DNA from: a virus
Lineage: Duplodnaviria; Caudoviricetes
Reading direction: 5' to 3' (one strand)
DNA length: 40,325 nt
Virus record (IMG/VR): IMGVR_UViG_3300020045_003606
Coordinates: 1-40,325 of that record
Positions 28,919 through 36,447 of the stretch are shown here, piece by piece (the first letter of the stretch is position 1; each line of letters begins with the position of its first letter). The translations under genes and the position numbers were made by a program. A model generated the notes under the pieces. The model ran no database searches. It was not told the DNA's origin and saw only the letters and a program-made list of their open reading frames with translations.

Positions 28919-29128
28919 TTATAACTCTTTTTTAGGTCGCCTTGATTTTAATCCACCGATAGTTCCGACCCTAGAAGCAAGTTCTGGATTAGCAGCAAAA
29001 CCTTTTATAATACCAGTCTTTGAGCCACCTTTAGTACCTATATTGCCCATAATCTCTCGTACTGCTTCACGACTACCGTGTTTTTTAATCATTGTTTCTA
29101 GCCATTTATCGTTTGGTTTTCCGCTCAT
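28919..29128 (-). CDS. KGG-repeat (general-stress-protein-like) small protein
   Basis: IGTKGG..KGFAANPELASRVGTIGGLKSRR. Confidence 0.8.
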   Translation of the reverse strand: MSGKPNDKWLETMIKKHGSREAVREIMGNIGTKGGSKTGIIKGFAANPELASRVGTIGGLKSRRPKKEL

Positions 29129-29292
29129 TTCAATTTTCTCCTTCTATCTTCATGCCATTTCATATATTTTTGTGAACGTTCTTCTAATTCGCTACCTATA
29201 ATGTCTATTGCTGCAACTAGGACTTCATCGTCTAGCTTTTTAACTAAGGCTTCTATTCTTTTAAGTTGCTTGCGTAGTTCAATGTCAGTCAT
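29125..29292 (-). CDS. 55-aa hypothetical protein (MTDIELRKQ...)
   Basis: Hand-translated; overlaps both neighbours. Confidence 0.55.
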   Translation of the reverse strand: MTDIELRKQLKRIEALVKKLDDEVLVAAIDIIGSELEERSQKYMKWHEDRRRKLK

Positions 29293-29635
29293 GTCTAACC
29301 TTTGGGAATCCGTCTAGTGGGTCTTTACCACCAAACATATTCATAAATGCTTGCTCGTAACTACTATGGTTGTCTCGTTCAGCTTTAAAAGCTTCAGTTG
29401 CCTCTTTTAATCGTGCTTCTGAATATTCAATTAACCCCATATTGTATAATTCCCTTTTTCGACGTGTGATGGTCTCACTGCGTGTAACTCGGCTAATGTT
29501 TTCTTCTAAACTTCGACCGTCTGACCAACCTTCGTGTCGCCAGACCGCTGCGATTAAGTCTGCGTCGCTATTCTGGCAACCTTCGTTAGCTTGTATAACA
29601 TCGTAGACTAGTTTTAACTTTTTAGATAAGTTCAT
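29285..29635 (-). CDS. Hypothetical protein, possibly DNA-binding
   Basis: Start reassigned to MNLSK (ATGA overlap); SETITRRKRELYNMG. Confidence 0.65.
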   Translation of the reverse strand: MNLSKKLKLVYDVIQANEGCQNSDADLIAAVWRHEGWSDGRSLEENISRVTRSETITRRKRELYNMGLIEYSEARLKEATEAFKAERDNHSSYEQAFMNMFGGKDPLDGFPKVRHD

Positions 29636-29859
29636 ACATTCTTCACCAATAAACCAGCTTTCATGTCGTATCTGTACCATTCACCTGTTGAGACAAACAT
29701 ACCGTTGGCTTTGTCGTTAGTGTAAATGTCGATATAGATGTTCTCTGCGCCCCATACCATTTTATTAGCGAGCATTTTAACTGCTTTTACTGCCTCCATA
29801 AAATTTGTAAATGTTCGGCTGAACTCTGGATGTCCTGTTATCTTGATGTCGTATTTCAT
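29632..29859 (-). CDS. Hypothetical early protein
   Basis: First gene after an early promoter; AAGGGG SD. Confidence 0.7.
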   Translation of the reverse strand: MKYDIKITGHPEFSRTFTNFMEAVKAVKMLANKMVWGAENIYIDIYTNDKANGMFVSTGEWYRYDMKAGLLVKNV

Positions 29860-29889
29860 AATGTCCCCTTTATTGGTTATTATGGGTCT

Positions 29890-29918
29890 ATTGTATCACG
29901 TGGTTATGGTTATTGCAA
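29890..29918 (-). promoter_or_regulatory. Early promoter 3 with conserved spacer CATAACCACGTG
   Basis: TTGCAA-TAACCATAACCACGTGA-TACAAT. Confidence 0.85.
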
Positions 29919-29921
29919 GGG

Positions 29922-30125
29922 TTATTTTCTTAATTTGTCCAATAGTTCTATAAAATCATCTACCATCTTATTTTTTTCTAGTGCTTCTGCTAGTTGAACT
30001 ATTAATGCTTGGTTATGTGATATTAATCTTAGATATTCTTTTTTATTTGCCTCTTTCAATATAGCCTCTGCATCAGTTTCTGTTTCAGCGTTCATTATGC
30101 GACGAGTTAGATCTTGAAAGTTCAT
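29922..30125 (-). CDS. Hypothetical protein
   Basis: TAATG-coupled ORF. Confidence 0.6.
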   Translation of the reverse strand: MNFQDLTRRIMNAETETDAEAILKEANKKEYLRLISHNQALIVQLAEALEKNKMVDDFIELLDKLRK

Positions 30126-30403
30126 TACTTCCCCTCACTAACTTGGTTGGTAGGTTGGGATGCACACAGAATTGGTGGATTTCCACCAACATAAAGATTT
30201 ATTTTTCCGTGTTGTTTTTCACATTTATCACGTTCAACTTTAACCGCCTTGTCAAGTTCGGCTGAGTGCCAGGCTAATATTTTCTTTGCTGTGCTATAAG
30301 CTATCTCTGCCTCTGTCCCAGCGTCTTCTGCATCAGGAAAAGGAAAAAATCCTTCCCAATCTCGCATTATTAAACGTATCTCATCTAGTGTTTTATCTTC
30401 CAT
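30125..30403 (-). CDS. Hypothetical protein
   Basis: SD-led, tightly packed ORF. Confidence 0.6.
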   Translation of the reverse strand: MEDKTLDEIRLIMRDWEGFFPFPDAEDAGTEAEIAYSTAKKILAWHSAELDKAVKVERDKCEKQHGKINLYVGGNPPILCASQPTNQVSEGK

Positions 30404-30405
30404 AA

Positions 30406-30591
30406 TTACTTATCTCCATTAATATTATTAGTTGGTTGGGTATGCACGACAACTTCAAGCCTTAGGTTTTTTAGATAAATGCTTGATTTACATCTATCCA
30501 TAAACTCTTTAGCCCTTTTCTTTGTGCCAAAAGATTGATAACTCTCACCTCGACCATCCATTAAAAAGTAGTGTACTTGGTATTCTTTCAT
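30406..30591 (-). CDS. Hypothetical protein
   Basis: SD-led, tightly packed ORF. Confidence 0.6.
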   Translation of the reverse strand: MKEYQVHYFLMDGRGESYQSFGTKKRAKEFMDRCKSSIYLKNLRLEVVVHTQPTNNINGDK

Positions 30592-30596
30592 ACCCT

Positions 30597-30731
30597 TTAC
30601 TCCCCTAGCCCAAAGGCTTTAAGATACCGTTTAATAGTAGCATCTGAACAGTCTACAAGCCGTCTTATTCGGTCAAAACTAAGACCTTGTTTGCAGTATT
30701 GGCGTAGTTCTTGTTTCTCTAAATTAGTCAT
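30597..30731 (-). CDS. 44-aa helix-turn-helix-like protein
   Basis: Hand-translated MTNLEKQELRQYCKQGLSFDRIRRLVDCSDATIKRYLKAFGLGE; GGAG SD. Confidence 0.65.
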   Translation of the reverse strand: MTNLEKQELRQYCKQGLSFDRIRRLVDCSDATIKRYLKAFGLGE

Positions 30732-31036
30732 TTTATCTCCCCTAGCCCATGCTTAATTTTATTAAATAATTCTTTATCATATGAAGCTTTCCATACAGTT
30801 TTATTATTCTTAATAAGTCTGATAGTAAACATTGTCGGATTAGGTGGCTGTGACAACTCTATATTGTCATATGGAGGCATTTTTTTTGCATCTTCCATTT
30901 CTTGTTGCTTGTCGTAAGTTATTCCTTCTTGCCAGTATGCAAACCATGCAATGATAAATAATATTGCTGCGATGATTGCTGGGGGCAATAAAATACCAGT
31001 TATTATCATTACTGTTGTAAAAAAAATGTCAATCAT
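30728..31036 (-). CDS. Membrane protein
   Basis: Long hydrophobic N-terminus. Confidence 0.65.
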   Translation of the reverse strand: MIDIFFTTVMIITGILLPPAIIAAILFIIAWFAYWQEGITYDKQQEMEDAKKMPPYDNIELSQPPNPTMFTIRLIKNNKTVWKASYDKELFNKIKHGLGEIK

Positions 31037-31347
31037 TACTTCTCCCCTAGCCCGTATTGATTGGCGGTTAATCTTTGCTCTCGACGTAAATCGTTTCCAA
31101 TAATTCTACGTTGCATATACGGTTTTGCAAAAGTTATTGCGTCGAGTTCCGCCCCTCTGCTGGCAATAGATACATTTTGGTCTTCACCAATTATATCCAT
31201 TACTATTTTATTGATGGCAAGTTTAGACTCTGATAAATCCATTCCACTATCTAGACCAGTATAAAAAGTGCCTTGTGAACCTAAAATATATTCTTTATAA
31301 TTTTTGAGTATTTCATCTATCGTTACTGGTTTACTTTGGTCTTTCAT
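31036..31347 (-). CDS. Hypothetical protein, paralog of 31759-32028
   Basis: IDEI..DIIGED..LRREQR shared motifs. Confidence 0.7.
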   Translation of the reverse strand: MKDQSKPVTIDEILKNYKEYILGSQGTFYTGLDSGMDLSESKLAINKIVMDIIGEDQNVSIASRGAELDAITFAKPYMQRRIIGNDLRREQRLTANQYGLGEK

Positions 31348-31652
31348 GATTTACCCTCCAACTTATTTAGTTCGGTTTCGAGTTCGGTGATACGGTTATC
31401 TATCTTCAAGTGTGCGTTCCAACTGCCTTCGTGCAGTGCGTGTCTAACATCACTACAGTCTGGTTCACATGGTTCTACCACCTCCATAGACATATTTTCC
31501 AATTCTTCTATCTTAGCTTTCAGACGTTCAGTGGCGATATAGTTTACTAATTTAGGCAAATCTAAAACAATCGAAAATTTAGATTTTTCATTAGATACTA
31601 TTCCTAGCAACTTTTCGTTTATTCCATCTTTACTAGTATCTGGTTGGCTCAT
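31344..31652 (-). CDS. Hypothetical protein
   Basis: ATGA-coupled ORF. Confidence 0.65.
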   Translation of the reverse strand: MSQPDTSKDGINEKLLGIVSNEKSKFSIVLDLPKLVNYIATERLKAKIEELENMSMEVVEPCEPDCSDVRHALHEGSWNAHLKIDNRITELETELNKLEGKS

Positions 31653-31762
31653 AATCCCCTCCTAACACCACAACGTTTGCAATGGTTACAAGCATGGCAA
31701 GAACAGCCTTTGCCGAACTTATGCCCAAATAAAAATCCTAATATTCCGATACACTTACTCAT
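31649..31762 (-). CDS. 37-aa Cys/His-rich peptide (DUF1660-like)
   Basis: Hand-translated MSKCIGILGFLFGHKF...CKRCG; ATGA overlaps at both ends. Confidence 0.6.
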   Translation of the reverse strand: MSKCIGILGFLFGHKFGKGCSCHACNHCKRCGVRRGL

Positions 31763-32028
31763 AATTCCCCCTCAAATAATTGGTTAAGATTAGTACGCTG
31801 TTCGTCTCTTAAAAAATTCTGGTGTTCGTTTATATCGTAAGCGTCCATATACTCATCATCTTTGCCTATAATCTCATCTAGTATTAACTGCTTTAGTTGC
31901 TGTTTGGCTTGGTCGATTTTATCTTTGCCACCTATTAAAACGTGAATATCATTTATAAAAGTAGGGTCTGTGTATCCAAATGTAAATATCTCGTCTACGA
32001 CACTAGCTTGGGGTTTAGGGGTGGTCAT
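31759..32028 (-). CDS. Hypothetical protein, paralog of 31036-31347
   Basis: VDEI..EIIGKD..LRDEQR. Confidence 0.7.
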   Translation of the reverse strand: MTTPKPQASVVDEIFTFGYTDPTFINDIHVLIGGKDKIDQAKQQLKQLILDEIIGKDDEYMDAYDINEHQNFLRDEQRTNLNQLFEGEL

Positions 32029-32031
32029 AAA

Positions 32032-32325
32032 TCAACCTGCGTGAAAGCTAGCACAAATCACTGTTCCAGCTTTAATGTTAGGTTTGGCAGTTCCAATCAA
32101 TTTAACTTCAACTTTATCTGGTCTAGCCCATTCATCATAACCAGAATTATCTTCTCGTTCTGTCATATCAGCATACTTAAACCATAATTTACCATCATGG
32201 AAAGTATAATAACTTGACGGGTGTATTGTTCTTGCACCATCCTCATTATTGGCACATACAACACAGTCGCTATATGTGTCATAACCTTGGTTTTCGCTTT
32301 GTGTTAATAAATATAATTTACTCAT
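32032..32325 (-). CDS. Phage hypothetical protein
   Basis: GYDTYSDCVVCA..ARTIHP..VICASFHAG, a pattern I recall from phage genomes. Confidence 0.75.
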   Translation of the reverse strand: MSKLYLLTQSENQGYDTYSDCVVCANNEDGARTIHPSSYYTFHDGKLWFKYADMTEREDNSGYDEWARPDKVEVKLIGTAKPNIKAGTVICASFHAG

Positions 32326-32328
32326 ACC

Positions 32329-32502
32329 CTACTCCTCACTTCCTGTATTAGTGGTTGGTTTAGTTAACATTTTCCAATACGGCGAGTAGTGAAGTTCAAC
32401 AATAGGTTCGATATCTGAGTGCATATAAATACGGTTAAGTTCATCCATTACTTCTGGTGTAATTTCTATTAAAAAGTTTTCTTTGTTTCTAGGTTGGATC
32501 AT
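32329..32502 (-). CDS. 57-aa hypothetical protein
   Basis: Hand-translated; fills the gap, GGGG SD. Confidence 0.55.
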   Translation of the reverse strand: MIQPRNKENFLIEITPEVMDELNRIYMHSDIEPIVELHYSPYWKMLTKPTTNTGSEE

Positions 32503-32504
32503 AA

Positions 32505-32690
32505 TTATTCCCCCTTATTTATTTGTTCAGACCAGTATTTTATGTATCGACGTAATTGTAATCTTTTAATAAACTTCCATTTCGGAGTTTTATTTAACTT
32601 ATAAGTAAACTGTTCAACCATCTTTTTTGGCGTTGCTGGCTTCCATGTGCTAGTGCAGGTTGTGTAAGTAGTTTTAATATAATTACTCAT
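32505..32690 (-). CDS. Hypothetical basic protein
   Basis: Coupled ORF. Confidence 0.6.
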   Translation of the reverse strand: MSNYIKTTYTTCTSTWKPATPKKMVEQFTYKLNKTPKWKFIKRLQLRRYIKYWSEQINKGE

Positions 32691-32905
32691 TGCTTGCTTT
32701 CCTTATTTATTTGTTCAATATTCCAATGACCATCGACATCTTTACGGACAGTTTTATGCCCATTAGAGTAGTACCAAAAACTCATAGGTATACCCCAGCC
32801 TTTGTCTATTTCATATTGAGACATATAACTAATATCTTTATAGTTTGTAATTTTTACTAGTTTATAGCGCCCTACAATTTGTCTCAATCTACTCATTTGT
32901 GCCAT
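32687..32905 (-). CDS. Hypothetical protein
   Basis: GGAG SD. Confidence 0.6.
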   Translation of the reverse strand: MAQMSRLRQIVGRYKLVKITNYKDISYMSQYEIDKGWGIPMSFWYYSNGHKTVRKDVDGHWNIEQINKESKQ

Positions 32906-32941
32906 GTGAATTATCTCCGTTTATTTGTTCAATACTACCAG

Positions 32942-33172
32942 CTATAAAGCCTTGTTTTCTAATATATCAACTGATTTCTGCGACAGACCTTTTATTTGAC
33001 TAAGTAAATCTTCGGAAATCACAGAGAACTCATCTACAGTCAGCCATTTTGGTCGTCGGCAATACATAATAGGTGTCATTATATTTGGTTCATAAAAAAC
33101 ATTTACTGATGGAGAATTATACAACCCCACAACACCTTTATTGCTCGTTGAAATAGATTTTACTTTTCTCAT
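32942..33172 (-). CDS. Hypothetical protein
   Basis: GAGG SD. Confidence 0.6.
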   Translation of the reverse strand: MRKVKSISTSNKGVVGLYNSPSVNVFYEPNIMTPIMYCRRPKWLTVDEFSVISEDLLSQIKGLSQKSVDILENKAL

Positions 33173-33192
33173 ATTCCCTCTCTTTCATTTAA

Positions 33193-33351
33193 TTATTTCA
33201 AACTCTTTTTATATGCTTCAAGTTTATCTTCCATTTCCTGTTTCATTCGCTGCATTTCTGGCTGTGGGTCATATGGTGGGTGTTTTTCTGCCAACCATAG
33301 AAGAAATACAAGCGGTATAGCGAACATCAGAACTGCAATTGTGATTTCCAT
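33193..33351 (-). CDS. 52-aa membrane protein (MEITIAVLMF...)
   Basis: Hand-translated; AAGGAG SD; 1 TM. Confidence 0.6.
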   Translation of the reverse strand: MEITIAVLMFAIPLVFLLWLAEKHPPYDPQPEMQRMKQEMEDKLEAYKKSLK

Positions 33352-33375
33352 CTTACTCTCCTTTATTAGTTAATT

Positions 33376-33515
33376 CATAAACATCAGGTAGTGACAGTTA
33401 GTTGCATGGTTTCACCCGAACTCTACCCCATGCCCGTTCAGTTATAATCTTCGGTTTTTCTTATAACTTACTCCTAGTCACTTGGTTACTTACTGCCACA
33501 TATCTGATGTCTATG
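33376..33515 (-). ncRNA. Structured RNA 4 of tandem array (multibranch)
   Basis: CATAGACATCAG/CTGATGTTTATG, GTGGCAGT/ACTGTCAC, AGTTATAA/TTATAACT, GCATGG/CCATGC. Confidence 0.7.
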
Positions 33516-33517
33516 AT

Positions 33518-33645
33518 GATTGAGTGCCTGAGAACCGAAATCACAGGGTCTTGGCACGCAACATGTATCAATGTTCAACGTCTGGATGATAAGCCCATAT
33601 TTTAAGCCTTTACCCTGCACGACTTCGGTACTACGACACTCAATC
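33518..33645 (-). ncRNA. Structured RNA 3 of tandem array (long rod)
   Basis: GATTGAGTGTC/GGCACTCAATC, ACCGAAGTCG/TGATTTCGGT, CAGGGT/ACCCTG. Confidence 0.7.
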
Positions 33646-33653
33646 TATTTGTA

Positions 33654-33786
33654 AAACAGTGTAATCAGAGAGGGGAGAGTTTACACTCCCATTCGCATTA
33701 CCTTACGGTCGGCTTATGCGTCTTATTCTCAGCGTTTCTATATAACCTACTGATACTTTAGATGACCCTCTGTGGTTACACTGTTT
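33654..33786 (-). ncRNA. Structured RNA 2 of tandem array (cloverleaf-like)
   Basis: AAACAGTGTAA/TTACACTGTTT, AGAGGG/CCCTCT; arms TCAG/CTGA, CGCAT/ATGCG, GGGAG/CTCTC. Confidence 0.7.
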
Positions 33787-33802
33787 AAGATGTTAAGTTG
33801 CT

Positions 33803-33905
33803 TCTATATAATCAGACAAAACCAGCAACGACAATAAGTCTTAGATACCACGACTTCTGCCCTGTATCTGGGTAGTTCATTACTGGATGTATCTGATTAT
33901 ATAGA
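33803..33905 (-). ncRNA. Structured RNA 1 of tandem array (long rod)
   Basis: 16-bp TCTATATAATCAGATA/TGTCTGATTATATAGA, CCAGTAATGA/TCGTTGCTGG, AGATAC/GTATCT. Confidence 0.7.
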
Positions 33906-33916
33906 TTGTAAAAGTG

Positions 33917-34509
33917 CTAGTACCACGAGTTCGCCAACCAGAAGTTATATGCCCCTACCCAACTGCCATACCTCGCTGTTACGTAAGTTGTGAAGAACTG
34001 GTCTTGACAATTATAGTCAGTTTTCCAGTTAGGGCATACCGCTTCTAGTTTACTACAAGGCCAACTTTGACCGATTCCGCAAGCACCTCCATTTGAGTTG
34101 ATCGCGTCTAAACGGTTGCTTGATTCCTTAAAGTATATGTACGCTTTGGCTTCTTGCTCGCCAACAGGTGCTGTGGCTTGCGTAGAGGCTCTAGGAGCGA
34201 CGATAGGCTCGATTGTGGCTAGTTCTTTAGGTTCGGTTACATTTTCATTTATATGAGCAGTTGTAACTATTTCTGCTCGGCTGTAAAATTTCGTACTTGC
34301 TCGACAACCTGTGATTTAACTTGGTTGTCAATATTGTTTGTGATTGCTCGGTCAATTGTGATACCGGCATAAGCTCCAGCGCAGGTCAAAGCAACTATAA
34401 CGACGATAGCTTTTACTATCTGCATAATTGTGTATGACTTTACTGGTTTTTCAGTTTTGGCTTTCGCCGCTACTTCTGCTTTTGCTTCTTTTACTATGTT
34501 ACTTTTCAT
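33917..34509 (-). CDS. Predicted -1 frameshift product (about 197 aa): membrane anchor, linker, Apf/lytic-transglycosylase-like domain
   Basis: -1 frame reads AKAYIYFKESSNRLDAINSNGGACGIGQSWPC...YVTARYGSWVGAYNFWLANSWY with no in-frame ATG. Confidence 0.8.
34236..34291 (-). promoter_or_regulatory. -1 frameshift signal: A_AAT_TTT plus H-type pseudoknot
   Basis: 6-nt spacer; S1 GAGCAG/CTGCTC; S2 GTTACA/TGTAAC. Confidence 0.85.
34267..34509 (-). CDS. 80-aa membrane protein (unshifted product)
   Basis: AAGGA SD; one TM helix. Confidence 0.8.
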   Translation of the reverse strand: MKSNIVKEAKAEVAAKAKTEKPVKSYTIMQIVKAIVVIVALTCAGAYAGITIDRAITNNIDNQVKSQVVEQVRNFTAEQK

Positions 34510-34563
34510 TTTGTTCCTTATCTACACGATTTCGTGTACTTTAGTTTTTTTTATTTTGTTATA

Positions 34564-34621
34564 CAAGCGATTGACCTTATAAGTGTTTTTATGTCATTGG
34601 ACTTCGGCTATCCGTCGCTTG
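34564..34621 (-). ncRNA. Three-way-junction leader RNA
   Basis: CAAGCGA/TCGCTTG closing stem; GGA/TCC and TGAC/GTCA arms. Confidence 0.45.
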
Positions 34622-34658
34622 CTTGAAATCCCCTTTATTTTGGTCTTTCATATTACGT

Positions 34659-34687
34659 AGTATAGCACGTGGTTATGGTTATTGCAA
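34659..34687 (-). promoter_or_regulatory. Early promoter 2 with conserved spacer
   Basis: TTGCAA-TAACCATAACCACGTGC-TATACT. Confidence 0.85.
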
Positions 34688-34689
34688 GT

Positions 34690-35187
34690 CTATTTTTGTA
34701 GTTTTTGCTTATAACCGTCAATTAACACCTGTAAATCAACAGTAGATGTTTTAACTTTAACCGTTTTCATGATGTTTAATATAGCCACTCGGTCAGGAAA
34801 TTTAAACTCAATCCATGCAGCCGCTTCAACAGGATTTTTGTGCCACCACCATAAATGACAAGACATACAAAGAACTTTCATGTTAAGTGGTTCAAACTCT
34901 AATATTGAACATCTGCCAACAGGGAATATATGCGAAGCATGACAATCACTACCTTCAACTTTTTTCCCACATTTCTGGCAAGTGTAATTATCCCGTTCTT
35001 TGACGTAATCTTTGACTAGTTTATCGAGGGTCTTTTTGATTTTAGATCGTGATAGCTTCTTGGGTTTTTGAGTTATTCTATTTTTTCGAACAACTGGTTT
35101 TTTAGGCTTAATTGGTCTGTTTTTGCAATAAAACTTGGAATGACCAAGCGTGCCACAAATTTCGCATACTTTGTTAGCTTGAGCCAT
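34690..35187 (-). CDS. NinG/Rap-like HNH nuclease
   Basis: YVKERDNYTCQKCG..HASHIF..N...LCMSCH. Confidence 0.8.
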   Translation of the reverse strand: MAQANKVCEICGTLGHSKFYCKNRPIKPKKPVVRKNRITQKPKKLSRSKIKKTLDKLVKDYVKERDNYTCQKCGKKVEGSDCHASHIFPVGRCSILEFEPLNMKVLCMSCHLWWWHKNPVEAAAWIEFKFPDRVAILNIMKTVKVKTSTVDLQVLIDGYKQKLQK

Positions 35188-35365
35188 TATCTAATCTCAC
35201 TAACTATCTTACTAAACTGGTGTTCGGCTTCCATTGAGGTATCCCACATCATGAGTTTATCCAACCTCTCCATAATTCAATTTGGCTAAGATGTTTACGT
35301 CCTACTCGTTGTGATTTATAAAATCTTAGGTCTTGTAATGCTTTGTCTAAGTTCATAGTTGCTCC

Positions 35366-35689
35366 TTAAAATGGAATTTCGCTTAAATCGATAGGTTTGT
35401 CATCAATATCCTCAAGCACGACTTCTTTTTTTGCGTCGCCAATCGCTTTGATGGTTTCGATATCTTTGTCGTATTTGCCGTCTCTAATATTTCCGTCTGA
35501 TGAGTTATTAAATACTTTCATCCAGCCAGACCATTCACCTACTGGCATAGCTTCAAACTTGATTGATATGTTACCAGTTTCACTGTCCTTAAACACTGCG
35601 CCAGCTTTTGACCAAGGTTTCTTTTTTTCTCCGTCTTTTTCGTATTCGCCTGTGCTGAATACTAGGTCGCCGTAATATTTACTTGCCAT
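35366..35689 (-). CDS. Single-stranded DNA-binding protein-like
   Basis: Acidic tail IDLSEIPF; lies in the recombination cluster. Confidence 0.75.
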   Translation of the reverse strand: MASKYYGDLVFSTGEYEKDGEKKKPWSKAGAVFKDSETGNISIKFEAMPVGEWSGWMKVFNNSSDGNIRDGKYDKDIETIKAIGDAKKEVVLEDIDDKPIDLSEIPF

Positions 35690-35700
35690 TTTTTACTCCT

Positions 35701-36447
35701 TTACCCATTATAATTTTCCCAACTCATTAAAGTACCAATCTCATCAATATCAAAGTTCGGCTCTCGACCTTTTGCGTCGTCTAATATTTTAAATGCTTTG
35801 TTAAACTTATTAGCTCCACTTTCTAGGAATGTAGAATCGCAATGATACAGTTTAATTCGATGTGGTGGTTCATTCTCAATGACCCCAAAGTAAACATTTG
35901 TAGCGTCCGTTAGGAAATCATAGACCGCTGCTTGGAGGTCGTAGTGCATATATAAGGCTTTTTTATCGAATGAATCGAATATCAGGCTTGATACGAACTT
36001 CCAATCAATAACGTTTTTGGCTTCGTTGTCGGTTGATATCACGTCTATAATACCTTTTACATTATGACTGTTGGCTTGTTTTTCGACTATTAATTCAGTA
36101 GCGCAAGGCAATTCTAAAAATGGTTTTAATCGTGGGTGGTTTATAACCCTATCGACTATCTTGTTCAGGTTTTCTATTTTCTCGTCAGTTACGATAATCG
36201 TGTCGTCTGGTTGACTGTCTCGCCACTCTCTGGCTTCTTTAGTTCTAAAACTATCGTAAGTTGATATTGCGATTTTAGCTTTTTCACCGCCTAAGCGCTC
36301 AGATATTAAGGAGTGGATTAAACGTCCGTCAGACATTGCGCCAGTGTCTTTTTTTGGGAATAATCCTAGCTTCTCACCGACGGCGTAATCGTAGCCTTTT
36401 TCATAGACTTTAGATAGAAATGATGGAGATAGGTTAATTTGTTTCAT
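35701..36447 (-). CDS. PD-(D/E)XK exonuclease (RecE-like)
   Basis: GRLIH, KGIID, IDWK, YDLQAAVY. Confidence 0.85.
   Translation of the reverse strand: MKQINLSPSFLSKVYEKGYDYAVGEKLGLFPKKDTGAMSDGRLIHSLISERLGGEKAKIAISTYDSFRTKEAREWRDSQPDDTIIVTDEKIENLNKIVDRVINHPRLKPFLELPCATELIVEKQANSHNVKGIIDVISTDNEAKNVIDWKFVSSLIFDSFDKKALYMHYDLQAAVYDFLTDATNVYFGVIENEPPHRIKLYHCDSTFLESGANKFNKAFKILDDAKGREPNFDIDEIGTLMSWENYNG

Noticed and set aside
33402-33605. 67-aa plus-strand ORF
   Set aside because: TTG start, no SD, wrong strand; RNA structure explains the region better
33654-33786. tRNA gene
   Set aside because: No TTC in the T-loop, no standard D or anticodon arm, no CCA, and too long
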